This document shows, piece by piece, positions 26,928 through 36,452 of a stretch of 64,000 nt of DNA. The DNA is taken from positions 17,132 to 81,131 of the forward strand of contig JAITFO010000092.1 in NCBI GenBank assembly GCA_031281265.1, written 5' to 3'. Numbering within the stretch: position 1 is the stretch's first letter; each line of letters opens with the position of its first letter. The DNA is from Candidatus Fibrimonadaceae bacterium. GTDB lineage: Bacteria > Fibrobacterota > Fibrobacteria > Fibrobacterales > Fibrobacteraceae. Made by a program: the position numbers and the translations under genes. A model generated the notes under the pieces. It made no database searches. It was not told where the DNA came from and saw only the letters and a list, made by a program, of their open reading frames with translations.

Positions 26928-27946
26928 CTTAGCATGTTTTTGATTATTCTATAATGGTCGCCGCCGAATTTTGAGCGGATTTTGTCTATGTCTTTTAAAG
27001 GGAACCAAAAAGCGGCACTGGCATCGTCTGCGGCTTTGAGCTTTGGAAGCTCTGGCACCTGTAGGTCAAAGAAAAAGGTGTGGGAAATCATCCTGCCGCG
27101 AGGCTCCCTGTGAGGGTCGTCAAAAACGCGGTGGTCTTTTATGCTTTTGTCCAGTTCCTTGGGGCTAAGCTCTATCCCCGTTTCTTCAATAAGCTCCCTT
27201 ATGGCGCAATGCCTTATAGGTTCATTGCTGTCCAAAAAGCCACCAGCCATAGCGTATAGACCCTTGCCGGGGAAGGCTCCCCTTTCTATCAAAAGAATAT
27301 GCTCCTTGCAGATTACAAGGGCATCTCCAGCCACAAAAATAGGGGGGTAAGGCGTGGAAGCCCATTCTTTTTTGTACTCTTCTACCAGTCTATATTCCTC
27401 TTTTAAATTTTTTGCCCATTCCTCATTTTCTTTGCTTTTGAGGTAATTATAGACCGCCAGCGGGATATGTTCTTGGGTTAAGGTGCCGCTGAACCATTCT
27501 CTGCGAATTTCCGTGGAAGAAAGCCCGCCTTCCAAGAGCGGCATCTCCACAAATTCCCATTCGGGGAATAGGTCTAGGTAGTAGGAGGTGCTGTCTTTTT
27601 TGTGGCCTATTATGCCGATGGCGTGGGCGGGAAGGGCGACCGCGGCGGTTGTAGGGGCGACCGCGAGGGTCGCCCCTACAACCGCCCGCACCCATTCGGG
27701 GTGGTTGTAATTGGAATCGTGGATGGGGATGAAGGTTATCTTTTTTTGCTCTTCGGGGGTTAGGGCGATTTTGAACATCTCCAGCCGCTCTTCGGTTGTG
27801 AAGGGGTTGCGCAGGCTGCGGCACGTTTCGTGTGAGCCTATGAAAATTATTAGGTTTTCCGTTTGCTCCAAGGCTTTGCGGATTGTGGCAAAATGCCCGT
27901 TGTGAGGGGGTTCAAAACGGCCAATGTATATTAGGTGTGTATGCAT
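26924..27946 (-). CDS. nadM: Bifunctional nicotinamide-nucleotide adenylyltransferase / Nudix hydrolase (NadM-Nudix)
   Basis: 'IYIGRFEPPHNGH' nucleotidyltransferase motif and Nudix box 'GGFLDSNEPIRHCAIRELIEETG'. The start is placed at the ATG (M8 of the track ORF), because the upstream TTG lies inside a terminator hairpin. Confidence 0.85.
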   Translation of the reverse strand: MHTHLIYIGRFEPPHNGHFATIRKALEQTENLIIFIGSHETCRSLRNPFTTEERLEMFKIALTPEEQKKITFIPIHDSNYNHPEWVRAVVGATLAVAPTTAAVALPAHAIGIIGHKKDSTSYYLDLFPEWEFVEMPLLEGGLSSTEIRREWFSGTLTQEHIPLAVYNYLKSKENEEWAKNLKEEYRLVEEYKKEWASTPYPPIFVAGDALVICKEHILLIERGAFPGKGLYAMAGGFLDSNEPIRHCAIRELIEETGIELSPKELDKSIKDHRVFDDPHREPRGRMISHTFFFDLQVPELPKLKAADDASAAFWFPLKDIDKIRSKFGGDHYRIIKNMLS

Positions 27947-27949
27947 TGT

Positions 27950-27974
27950 ATAAAAGGGCGTATGCAATACGCCC
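27950..27974 (-). terminator. Probable terminator hairpin after the GH18-like gene
   Basis: The plus-strand stems are GGGCGTAT and ATACGCCC (27956-63 / 27967-74) with a 3-nt loop. A TTTTAT run follows on the minus strand. Confidence 0.5.
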
Positions 27975-29012
27975 CTACTTCTTTTTTTTGTAATCGATTT
28001 CGGGGCGCAAAACTTGGCCTATGGTTACTAATAACGAAACTATGGGCTCTCTGTGGTCTCCGGAAATATCGAAAGCGGCAACGCCACCATAGCCATTTTC
28101 CTTAACGGCTTCGGCAACCGCTTTAATGGAGGGGATGCCGTTGAAAACTATGGTTTCTTCTTCGTTGACGGCAACTTCGCTCTTTGAAGATTCGTCAAAA
28201 GTTACACTGTAGGCATCTTTTTTGTTGAATTTGCCCATAATGTCTTTATACGGCAAAGCACCCTCGTTGCCGGAGCCTGCCCCTTCGTGGGAAGAACCCA
28301 GCCCTTTTGCCTTGTAAAATGTTTTGCCATAGAATGGAACTATGGGCATCAATTTATTTCTAGGAACGCCAGCTTTTGCAAAAGCAGACAAAATATCAAG
28401 AACCTCAGCTGTGTTTGAATTTGGTTTAACCTTGGAGTCGCTTACCGATGCCTCGTCTGTGAACCATAAGGAAAGATTCTCTATTTTGCTGAAATCCGCA
28501 CCGGAAACCGCGCTTGCCAAAGACTCAACGCCAGGGATAGCAACACTCACAGAAAAACCAGCATTTGCAATTCCCGCCGCTTGCGAAAGCAATTTTGGCA
28601 GGTCTTTTGCGTCAATTGCGCCACCATCTATCTCAAAGGAATTAACGCCGTATTGCTGCTCAAATTTTTTAGCAGCTGATGCTAAATCACTCGCAGAAAC
28701 CCCTCTAACGGCGTCTTCCGCGCCTAGGCCACCTATTGCAACCGTAAGTTTAACCTTGGCATCTTTTGCCCGTTTTACCAAGTTCAAAAAATTTTCTTTG
28801 TCCGATTCGTCTGTAAAGAGCAACTCGGAGCCACTTGGCGATAGATAGCCGTAGCGAATTTCCGTCACTAAATGGTAGCGAACGTCCGAGGGCTTGAACT
28901 GCGCATATTGCGCCCAATGCGGGAAATATGCGACTACCCTGCCTTGGGCAAAAAGCGTAGCTACGCACAACAAAACAAAAAACGGCAAAAATTTATTCAT
29001 CGCAAACCTCAT
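27975..29012 (-). CDS. GH18-like (chitinase-fold) secreted protein lacking the catalytic DxxDxDxE Glu
   Basis: 'RVVAYFPHWAQY...IRYGYLS...KLTVAIGGLGAED' resembles the GH18 TIM barrel. The position of 'DGIDIDWE' reads 'NSFEIDGG'. Confidence 0.65.
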   Translation of the reverse strand: MRFAMNKFLPFFVLLCVATLFAQGRVVAYFPHWAQYAQFKPSDVRYHLVTEIRYGYLSPSGSELLFTDESDKENFLNLVKRAKDAKVKLTVAIGGLGAEDAVRGVSASDLASAAKKFEQQYGVNSFEIDGGAIDAKDLPKLLSQAAGIANAGFSVSVAIPGVESLASAVSGADFSKIENLSLWFTDEASVSDSKVKPNSNTAEVLDILSAFAKAGVPRNKLMPIVPFYGKTFYKAKGLGSSHEGAGSGNEGALPYKDIMGKFNKKDAYSVTFDESSKSEVAVNEEETIVFNGIPSIKAVAEAVKENGYGGVAAFDISGDHREPIVSLLVTIGQVLRPEIDYKKKK

Positions 29013-29776
29013 TGTGCTACATATATCTTTTCGTCGTTTTTATCCAAGCAAAAAGTATATCTGCCATAATCATAATAAGTTCCTCGCTTCTCCGCATGCT
29101 TTTCCTGATTTTTCTCTTCACCCTTATTCCCGTTGCAGTATTTATACGGCCTGCCATCGTAACGACCAAAGAAGTGATAGTGCTGCTCGATAAGAGTTGA
29201 ATTAAAAAGAAAATTTTCTAAATAACTTCTCGCTTCTCCCACTCCAGAAACTTCTGGAATAAATTGGCACATAGTTTTAATCACCGGTAAACCAATCTTG
29301 GTCGCTTCTGAATATGCTTCCAAACTATCTTTCAATTCACCCCAACCTTCGCTCCAGCAAGTCCCTATTACGCATTGCCAGCCTATTGTGTCCATTTTAT
29401 CCGTTGCTGGGTTGTATCTTACTATTGCTTTAGAATAATTGATGTTGTTGCCATATTTTCCAAAGCATCTATCATTTTTGTCCCAACTTTGCTCCGGGCA
29501 TTGCAAATAATCCACATAAACAGTTTTTGCAAAATCTAAATCACGCAAAATATTATTAACACAATATTTTATAGAATCTTTGTCTCCTCTTTTTCCATTA
29601 AGGTCTAAAACAATTTGGCTCATAGCTACATCGTTATTTATTTCTTTATACTCTTTCCAATTAAAATCACTTGGAAAATCTGCTTTAAGGGCTTCTTCAT
29701 TATCCATCGATAAATCTGCGCAAGAGCCTAGAAACAGAACCACAACAACGCATAAAAAAACATACATATTTTTCAT
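29009..29776 (-). CDS. Cys-rich lipoprotein, function unknown (255 aa)
   Basis: Lipobox 'LFLGSCAD' and ten further Cys residues. 4-nt overlap with the downstream gene. Confidence 0.6.
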   Translation of the reverse strand: MKNMYVFLCVVVVLFLGSCADLSMDNEEALKADFPSDFNWKEYKEINNDVAMSQIVLDLNGKRGDKDSIKYCVNNILRDLDFAKTVYVDYLQCPEQSWDKNDRCFGKYGNNINYSKAIVRYNPATDKMDTIGWQCVIGTCWSEGWGELKDSLEAYSEATKIGLPVIKTMCQFIPEVSGVGEARSYLENFLFNSTLIEQHYHFFGRYDGRPYKYCNGNKGEEKNQEKHAEKRGTYYDYGRYTFCLDKNDEKIYVAQ

Positions 29777-29785
29777 AAATCCTCC

Positions 29786-31873
29786 TTAAAAACCCACAGT
29801 TACCATTCCAGACATAATTAGTTTATCCAATATAATATCTTTTGCTACTCCGCTTTCGGTATAAGAAACAGTATTTGAAAGCGAAGCACCTTGCAAAGTG
29901 AAGTTTGCCCTTTCGCTTATTTTATATTGCGGACCGCCAATAATCAAAGTCTCGCTAGTTTTATTTACATTAAAAACATCTTTTACAATTACATAGGGAC
30001 TTTCAAACTCTTTTGCCAGTTGCTGGAAACCTCCTATCAAAGAAAGCCCTTTCCATATTCCCACTTTAAACCCAGCCATTATACGGTTTGTTTGAACGTT
30101 CAAAGAGTTCAAAGAATCCAAATTGATGTTTTCCCCTTTGTTCTGTTCATAAGAACCTGTAACCACCAAAGGTATGCTTAAATCTGCTAGGCGCGCCACA
30201 TTAACTTCCAAGCCACTGCCAACACGGGTGTATTTTGCACCTTCTTCAGCAGAAAACGTTCCAAATACTCCCCTAAAGCTCACAGATTTGTTCCACGTGA
30301 ATTTTAAGTCTGCATCTCCACCGCTTCTATTTGGAGTGGCGTAGCCATTAGGGAGCGCCATATTTACGGAAGGGTCTACTAAAGAAAATTTGCTGCGCTC
30401 CAAACGGGTATAGGTTTGCTGCGTATATGCATTGCGATAGTATTGCACAAGTTTATAGTTATTATCTAAACAAGCTGCCTGATAAAGAGAAATTGAAGAA
30501 CTATTTGAACCTTTAATACATAAAGAATTGGTTGCAAGCCCTTGCTTGCCACTAACTATTGATATGGCATTAAGAGGCAGGGTGTAATAAAGAGAGTAAT
30601 ACATATTTTCCAAAGAACCTGAACGGAATTGCTCTAAATTTTGTGCTAAATCCGCATCGCTGTTCAATATGGGCAAATTGGGCAAATATGCAGGTGTAGC
30701 CGCAAGCTCTGCTTCAAAATCCTTGTCTGTTTTCAAAAAAGTTCCCGAAAATTTTGCTTCAAAAGGATTTTCGTCATAAGAAACAAAGGCTCTCGCAAGC
30801 AAGGCGGCATTGGATGTCAATTCTTCAACCATCGAAAGTTTGTATCTAGGCTTAGTACTGGTAATTTTATAATATGGGTAATAATTTGGCTTGTTAGTGC
30901 CGGGTGATGTAACAGAGGGAACTTCATCAGGTATAGCAGCAAAATCCAAAGAGCTCTCTGTTATTGCCGCATCTCTTTTATGTTGCCACCAACTCCAACT
31001 AGATAAAGCATATTCAGCATCCACTCCAAAACTCACAGGGCCTTGCAACAACTGTTTGCTATTATAGCTCAATTCAAAACTCATAACATTATTTTTTTCG
31101 TAATCCAACGCATCGGCGGTATCGACAAGAGTATTTTTAAAAGAACTGCTGAATCTGTTAAAGGTGAAAACCTCATTTACTCCAAAATATATACCCTGCG
31201 TTTCAATGCCAAAACGAGCACCGGTAGAGAACCTATCTTTGCTTGGGTCAAAGTCAAAGGATATTCTATCTGATGCATCTGCAACTTTGCGGAGCCGCAC
31301 AACTGTTCCCTGCAAAAAAATCTTGTCAAACATGCCAGCAGACATTTGGTATTCCAAATTTAAACCCTGCAAAAGCCGCCTATTTGTGCCGTCTAAATAT
31401 CTCTCTTCCATCGCTTCTCTTTTTAAATCGACAAATATCTCCGGTTCCATGATGAATTCCGGCTCCGGTAGATAAATGGTGAGCGGAGTGTAGGCAAGGC
31501 GCATTGTTCCCAAATTGAATTTCAGCTTTTTATCCAATATATTGCCATCGTAGCTCCACCACCTGACTATGGGGGAATTATTGCCCTCGCGATATGCGGA
31601 CTGCCAATCTTTGTGAAAGCGCAAATCAAAAGTAGCTTTTGTTTCGTTGCTGGGGCGAACGGAGATGTTCAATAAAAAGTCGGTAAAAGCTGAATATTCA
31701 GAGACATCTGATGTATCGTAAGAAAGGGAAGAAGACAATATGCCACCCTTAGCATGGCCGTTCACAGCAAAACCAATTACATTTTCTTCTATGCTGTCTA
31801 GCGCAGCAGAAACCTGAGCAAAAGACATGCTGCAAAGCAAACCTAAAACTACTATTGCATATCTCATATTCAC
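29786..31873 (-). CDS. Large secreted OMP-like protein, paralog C (695 aa), family unknown
   Basis: Signal peptide 'LLCSMSFAQVSA' and a C-terminal '...MVTVGF' (terminal Phe). It shares long blocks with the 753-aa neighbour. Confidence 0.65.
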   Translation of the reverse strand: MNMRYAIVVLGLLCSMSFAQVSAALDSIEENVIGFAVNGHAKGGILSSSLSYDTSDVSEYSAFTDFLLNISVRPSNETKATFDLRFHKDWQSAYREGNNSPIVRWWSYDGNILDKKLKFNLGTMRLAYTPLTIYLPEPEFIMEPEIFVDLKREAMEERYLDGTNRRLLQGLNLEYQMSAGMFDKIFLQGTVVRLRKVADASDRISFDFDPSKDRFSTGARFGIETQGIYFGVNEVFTFNRFSSSFKNTLVDTADALDYEKNNVMSFELSYNSKQLLQGPVSFGVDAEYALSSWSWWQHKRDAAITESSLDFAAIPDEVPSVTSPGTNKPNYYPYYKITSTKPRYKLSMVEELTSNAALLARAFVSYDENPFEAKFSGTFLKTDKDFEAELAATPAYLPNLPILNSDADLAQNLEQFRSGSLENMYYSLYYTLPLNAISIVSGKQGLATNSLCIKGSNSSSISLYQAACLDNNYKLVQYYRNAYTQQTYTRLERSKFSLVDPSVNMALPNGYATPNRSGGDADLKFTWNKSVSFRGVFGTFSAEEGAKYTRVGSGLEVNVARLADLSIPLVVTGSYEQNKGENINLDSLNSLNVQTNRIMAGFKVGIWKGLSLIGGFQQLAKEFESPYVIVKDVFNVNKTSETLIIGGPQYKISERANFTLQGASLSNTVSYTESGVAKDIILDKLIMSGMVTVGF

Positions 31874-31876
31874 CTC

Positions 31877-34138
31877 TTAAAATTCCACATTGATGGTTGC
31901 TTCAAGAATGTTGCGTGAAAATTCATGCCTTAACTCCTTTTTCCCAGCTTCAGTTCCATTCACCACCAAATAATTTGGCAAATTCGTTCCCAAACTTATT
32001 TCCCCATTATCATTTACAAAACCGTTCAAGTCATAAGTGTTCTCCACGCTCATAACGCCATAGTTTACAGAAAGCCAAGCGTGAGGAGCTATGGTGTAAT
32101 CAATTCCAGCCATCCATTGGTTTTGCGCCGATTTAACAACAGGCATAATAGCAAAAGTTGTTACCGGAATGGTAGGAGGGCCGCCTTTTAAATTAGACGT
32201 TTGCGCTCTTTGAACATTTGCTCCTTCTGCGTTCAAATCTGAATTTATCTTCTGATAGCCAAATGCAAAGCCAAATCTTTTGTAAAATCTCCAATAAAAA
32301 CCGACGTTTGTAAAATCGCTGTTGAATTCAACTTTGCCAAAATCTTGAAATTCCTGTTCCTTTGCGCTTTGTTTGTAGCTACCGCTAAGTTCAACTCCAA
32401 AAGCACTAACTTTTGCGCCACCGCCAAATTCCGAGTATTGCGCACTCTTTGTTCTAGCAACGGCGTTGAGTTGCCCATAGTTTGCAAATAAACCCTTAAC
32501 TTCTATCAATTCATTCCAACTAACGGTTAAAACTTCTTGATAACCCTGACGATTAGAAGTTGCAAAACCGTTTGGCAAAGCCATTTGCAAATTTAGGTCG
32601 GAAAGTTCTTCTAAAAGGGCAAGTTCGGCACGTGTTAAAACAGAAGGGTTCCAAGAGGTTTTTGCATAAGGAGAGGCATTATAGCTCCTAGTTTGGTCAT
32701 TGCTAGAAGGTTCGCCCGGAGTAAGTGAAGGGTGCATGGGCGAATGTTTGGGCGTAAAGAAGTAAAGAGCGTCAAAAGAGGAATAAAGCGGTGAATAAAC
32801 CCCATATTTGCTCAAATTAAAATCTGTGTTGGTGCAATGTCCGTTAACCCTGCAACCAACGTCTTTATCGCTGTTCAATACCCTGCGAGCAAAGAAAGAT
32901 GGAGACTGCGCTACATTGTTAAACCACCCAGAATCGTTGCGGATAAAGGAAGTGGAAAGTACCGCATTTATATCGCCTTTGTAGCCTAAATCCATCTGCA
33001 TAAGGATGGCTTTGCCATCTTCTTGCCGGCTTATACTTTCTGTGATAGTCTTGCTGGCATCACTTGGGTCTGGTACAGAAATTAAATCATAAGCATCATC
33101 TTTAGACATGGCAAGTTCAGCGGTTAAATTTGCAACCAAGGAACTATTCCCCAGCAACCCAGCAACATCCGCTCCTGCCCTGATTGCAATAATAGAGGTT
33201 TTTTGCGGCAAGGAATCCAAAGTGTTGAGCAAAAACTCTTTGTCATAAGCATTCAATGGGCAACTAGGGCAAGAATAGGATTTGGAGGTGCCTTTGTCGT
33301 CAAAAATTGACAGATAAGTTCCGCCAATCAGCAGATTTTTATCAAGGGGCAACAATTCGATGTTTGTACCTATCAAGAATTTGTCAAAACGCCCTGCCTG
33401 TGTTGCACCCGGAATACCCTCGTTGGGGAGCATATTGCCCATAGCACCGCTTGCATCCAAATAACCAGCACGGCGGAGCCTAGCCATCAAAGCCTCAACG
33501 CGCAATTCGCCAAATGGCTCACCGAGCTGAGGACGGAACTGCAAATTGAAACCCTGCAAATTTCTCTGATTGTCTTGCAATAACGCTTCTTTTTGAGCCA
33601 TTTCCCTTTTGCGAGCAAAAATAGTCGGCTCGTACATAATATCGATACCGGGCATATAAAGGGTTAAAGGTGAATAAGACTGCCGGAAATCACCCACAAC
33701 CCAATAGAAACTCTCCCCCACGTTCCCCTCGATATTCATCCAAGGAACGCTTACCGTTGTAGAAGCAGCAGCAAAATATTCCTGCGCACCCGCACCCAAG
33801 CGTAAGAGCAAATTAGCGGTGATTATATCCCACGGGCGGAATTTGAAATTCAAATCAACTTGTACAAATTCAGAAATTTCGTGGTTTGGCATTCTATTCA
33901 TATAAGAGCCTTGATAACAATTAGCAGGGGGCGTTCCTGGAGGACATACCACGCTATTTGGTCTTTCGTCTGGGGAGTCAAAATAAGAATTAAAAGAAGC
34001 ACTGCGAACGGTTCCGCTTATTTCAAGCCCTTTGCGAGCATTAATATCTTCCACTCTATTCTCTATTTGCTCAGGGTCTTCAGTTGCAAAAACCAAAGAG
34101 CAAGAGGCTAAAACGGCAAAAATCAATTTTTTATTCAT
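31877..34138 (-). CDS. Large secreted OMP-like protein, paralog B (753 aa), family unknown
   Basis: Signal peptide 'VLASCSLVFATE' and a C-terminal '...TINVEF'. 'SPLTLYMPGIDIMYEPTIFARKREMAQKEALLQDNQRNLQGFNLQF' aligns with paralog C. Confidence 0.65.
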   Translation of the reverse strand: MNKKLIFAVLASCSLVFATEDPEQIENRVEDINARKGLEISGTVRSASFNSYFDSPDERPNSVVCPPGTPPANCYQGSYMNRMPNHEISEFVQVDLNFKFRPWDIITANLLLRLGAGAQEYFAAASTTVSVPWMNIEGNVGESFYWVVGDFRQSYSPLTLYMPGIDIMYEPTIFARKREMAQKEALLQDNQRNLQGFNLQFRPQLGEPFGELRVEALMARLRRAGYLDASGAMGNMLPNEGIPGATQAGRFDKFLIGTNIELLPLDKNLLIGGTYLSIFDDKGTSKSYSCPSCPLNAYDKEFLLNTLDSLPQKTSIIAIRAGADVAGLLGNSSLVANLTAELAMSKDDAYDLISVPDPSDASKTITESISRQEDGKAILMQMDLGYKGDINAVLSTSFIRNDSGWFNNVAQSPSFFARRVLNSDKDVGCRVNGHCTNTDFNLSKYGVYSPLYSSFDALYFFTPKHSPMHPSLTPGEPSSNDQTRSYNASPYAKTSWNPSVLTRAELALLEELSDLNLQMALPNGFATSNRQGYQEVLTVSWNELIEVKGLFANYGQLNAVARTKSAQYSEFGGGAKVSAFGVELSGSYKQSAKEQEFQDFGKVEFNSDFTNVGFYWRFYKRFGFAFGYQKINSDLNAEGANVQRAQTSNLKGGPPTIPVTTFAIMPVVKSAQNQWMAGIDYTIAPHAWLSVNYGVMSVENTYDLNGFVNDNGEISLGTNLPNYLVVNGTEAGKKELRHEFSRNILEATINVEF

Positions 34139-34156
34139 ATTTCACAGCCTCGCTTA

Positions 34157-36445
34157 TTAAAACCAAACCTTTGTTTCGGCTTGAAGATAGTGAACATTCC
34201 AATCATTCTGCGGCAAATTTTCATCTTTACTGGTCAAATATCTATAGCGAAAATGCAAACCCGCACGGGCGGCAAAATCCCAATCAAAACCAAAACCAAG
34301 AGAGGTATGCAAAATATTTATAGGAGAGAGCTTATAATCATAAACATTATTACCATGTCTATATAAATCGCTATAAGACCCAGGCTTAGGAACATTTAAT
34401 GAAAGTTCGGTATAAGCCTTTTCCGCACGGAACATTTCAAAACCAAAGATTAAAATCGCATGGAGTTTAGACGTGATGGCTATTGCAGGTTCCGACTGCA
34501 CAAACCAATTCCACATAAGCACGTCGCTGTCGTATTTATCCGTGTAAGCAACTGGAAGAAAGGATTTTGAAACACCCGAAAGTGCTGTGTATAATTGCAA
34601 CATTATGTTTCTATCCGTACCAAACCAATGCCCAATATCATAACCCATATCTATGGCTATAGTGGAATTCCATTTTACACTAGAGGGCATGCAATTTGTA
34701 TTTTCCACATCTACAGGATTGTAGAAATTGAACTGGGCGCAAAGAAAGGCATCTTCAACATTTTCGTAAGCAGCAAAAGCATCCCAAGTTTCACCATAAC
34801 CACTGCGCAGGCCTCCTCTTTGGTCGCCCAGCTTGAAGGCAGGGTTGCCCTGGCTTCCGGCTAATCTATAGGTATAGCGCCTTGGATCTCCATAGCCCGA
34901 ATCTGCGTTGAAAAAAGGCTTGTGCCTAGTCCAACTGGTGGAGGTCTCCCATAAATACCGCCCTGTCAAATTATATTTGAAATTTATTATATCCGCGCCT
35001 TCTTCCACCTGTTTGTGAATGCCGTATTGCACATCAAAACGCCCTCGGTCAAATTCAGGTTCCAACTTAACATTTGCGCCAACCATATTTGGCCCATAGC
35101 GAAAAGTTCCCGCGCCAACATAAAATTGGTCTTTGCGCCAAGATGCAACTCTGTCTGGGTTTGCCATTGAATAGGGTGAGTAAAAATCTTTTGGCAAATA
35201 GATAACTTCTAAGGTTATAGGTTCCCAATGCTTATCTTGAGCTTTTACATAAAGGCCAAAATTTTTCGCAGAAGGCGAAGAACTATTATCTTTGGCGTTG
35301 TAACATCTAAGCCCGCTATTGCAAGGTGGGGTGGTGTATATAGTTGTGGTATCGTCCCAACTGAGTGCTAAATCAAAAGACAAAAAGAATTGCGGAGTTA
35401 AATTGCCTTTTAAATCTATGGAGGCAACGCGCAGATTCTCAAACTTTAAGCTGCTATCCGGATATCTAAAAACAGGAGCATAATAAACATCTGATTCGTA
35501 TATCTGTTCTGGGTTAAAATCAATTCCCATATAATTTAAACCAACGGTTAAACTGGCTTGGTCAAAATCAATTTTCTCCTTTGCCAAACGCCAGCCCAAA
35601 ACATCGCCGCGATAGTCATAAGTGCCCACCATTGCAAGCTCGCTGTTATCCCTTGTGTTAAGGCGGAGTCCGTCTCTGGTTCCAATGTCCACGCTGTTTG
35701 GCTGCGAAAGCAATAATTGCCCTTTTAAATTCCACGGCAAAGTGTGTACATCCAAAAGCATTCCGCCAAAAGAACGGTTTGTCCAAAAAGACCTGCCTCC
35801 TTCTTTCACAGGCTTAAAGCCCTTTTCTTTGTAATAGGTGCTAACAACTTTTTCCTCTTCGTATAGTTCGTATTGAGAGATAAAGCGTGGGCTGGTTTCA
35901 CGTTCATACATGGTAAGCGGGCTTTGGGTGACCCAAATAACACCACCCATAAGCAAGGTTGCACCAAACTCCCCACCGCGCATATCCATGCCAACAAGCA
36001 TATTTTCGTTTATGGAAACCCCATAAAAATCAGTGGATGGATGGAAATATTGTACCCTTTCGCCAATATTGCCAAAATTTTCGGTATTGGGGGCAAAGGC
36101 TTGCCTGTTCACAAAAAATCCGCTGAAATCAAATGGCAAATAAAGGTTGGAAAACACGGTTAAATAAGATGCTGGAGAAATAACAATAGAAGCGTTTAGA
36201 GCAGAATTGACAAAGGTGCGCATACTCTCTTCGCCCTGCAAAGTACCAGTTTTAGAGTAATCAATATGGCCAAAGCGCACGGTGAAATCGCCGGAAACAG
36301 CAACGGGAGAATCGTCTTTACCTATAACCCCAGAGCCTGCATATTCTCCGAGCGAATCCAAACGGGCCTCTACCTGAGACAGGTCGCTTTGAGCGAATGC
36401 AAAAGACGCGAAAAAGAACAAACTGAATAAAATTTTTACTCTCAT
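34157..36445 (-). CDS. Large secreted OMP-like protein, paralog A (762 aa), family unknown
   Basis: The start is set at MRVKILFSLFFFASFAFAQS; the track's N-terminal extension overlaps the upstream gene. The C-terminus is '...AETKVWF'. There is a weaker 'QSPLTMYERE' block. Confidence 0.6.
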   Translation of the reverse strand: MRVKILFSLFFFASFAFAQSDLSQVEARLDSLGEYAGSGVIGKDDSPVAVSGDFTVRFGHIDYSKTGTLQGEESMRTFVNSALNASIVISPASYLTVFSNLYLPFDFSGFFVNRQAFAPNTENFGNIGERVQYFHPSTDFYGVSINENMLVGMDMRGGEFGATLLMGGVIWVTQSPLTMYERETSPRFISQYELYEEEKVVSTYYKEKGFKPVKEGGRSFWTNRSFGGMLLDVHTLPWNLKGQLLLSQPNSVDIGTRDGLRLNTRDNSELAMVGTYDYRGDVLGWRLAKEKIDFDQASLTVGLNYMGIDFNPEQIYESDVYYAPVFRYPDSSLKFENLRVASIDLKGNLTPQFFLSFDLALSWDDTTTIYTTPPCNSGLRCYNAKDNSSSPSAKNFGLYVKAQDKHWEPITLEVIYLPKDFYSPYSMANPDRVASWRKDQFYVGAGTFRYGPNMVGANVKLEPEFDRGRFDVQYGIHKQVEEGADIINFKYNLTGRYLWETSTSWTRHKPFFNADSGYGDPRRYTYRLAGSQGNPAFKLGDQRGGLRSGYGETWDAFAAYENVEDAFLCAQFNFYNPVDVENTNCMPSSVKWNSTIAIDMGYDIGHWFGTDRNIMLQLYTALSGVSKSFLPVAYTDKYDSDVLMWNWFVQSEPAIAITSKLHAILIFGFEMFRAEKAYTELSLNVPKPGSYSDLYRHGNNVYDYKLSPINILHTSLGFGFDWDFAARAGLHFRYRYLTSKDENLPQNDWNVHYLQAETKVWF

Positions 36446-36452
36446 GCAATCC

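Noticed and set aside
27447-27824. A 125-aa Arg/Pro-rich ORF in another frame of the nadM strand.
   Set aside because: It is an alternative frame across the GC-rich palindrome, and the NadM frame is supported by catalytic motifs on both sides.
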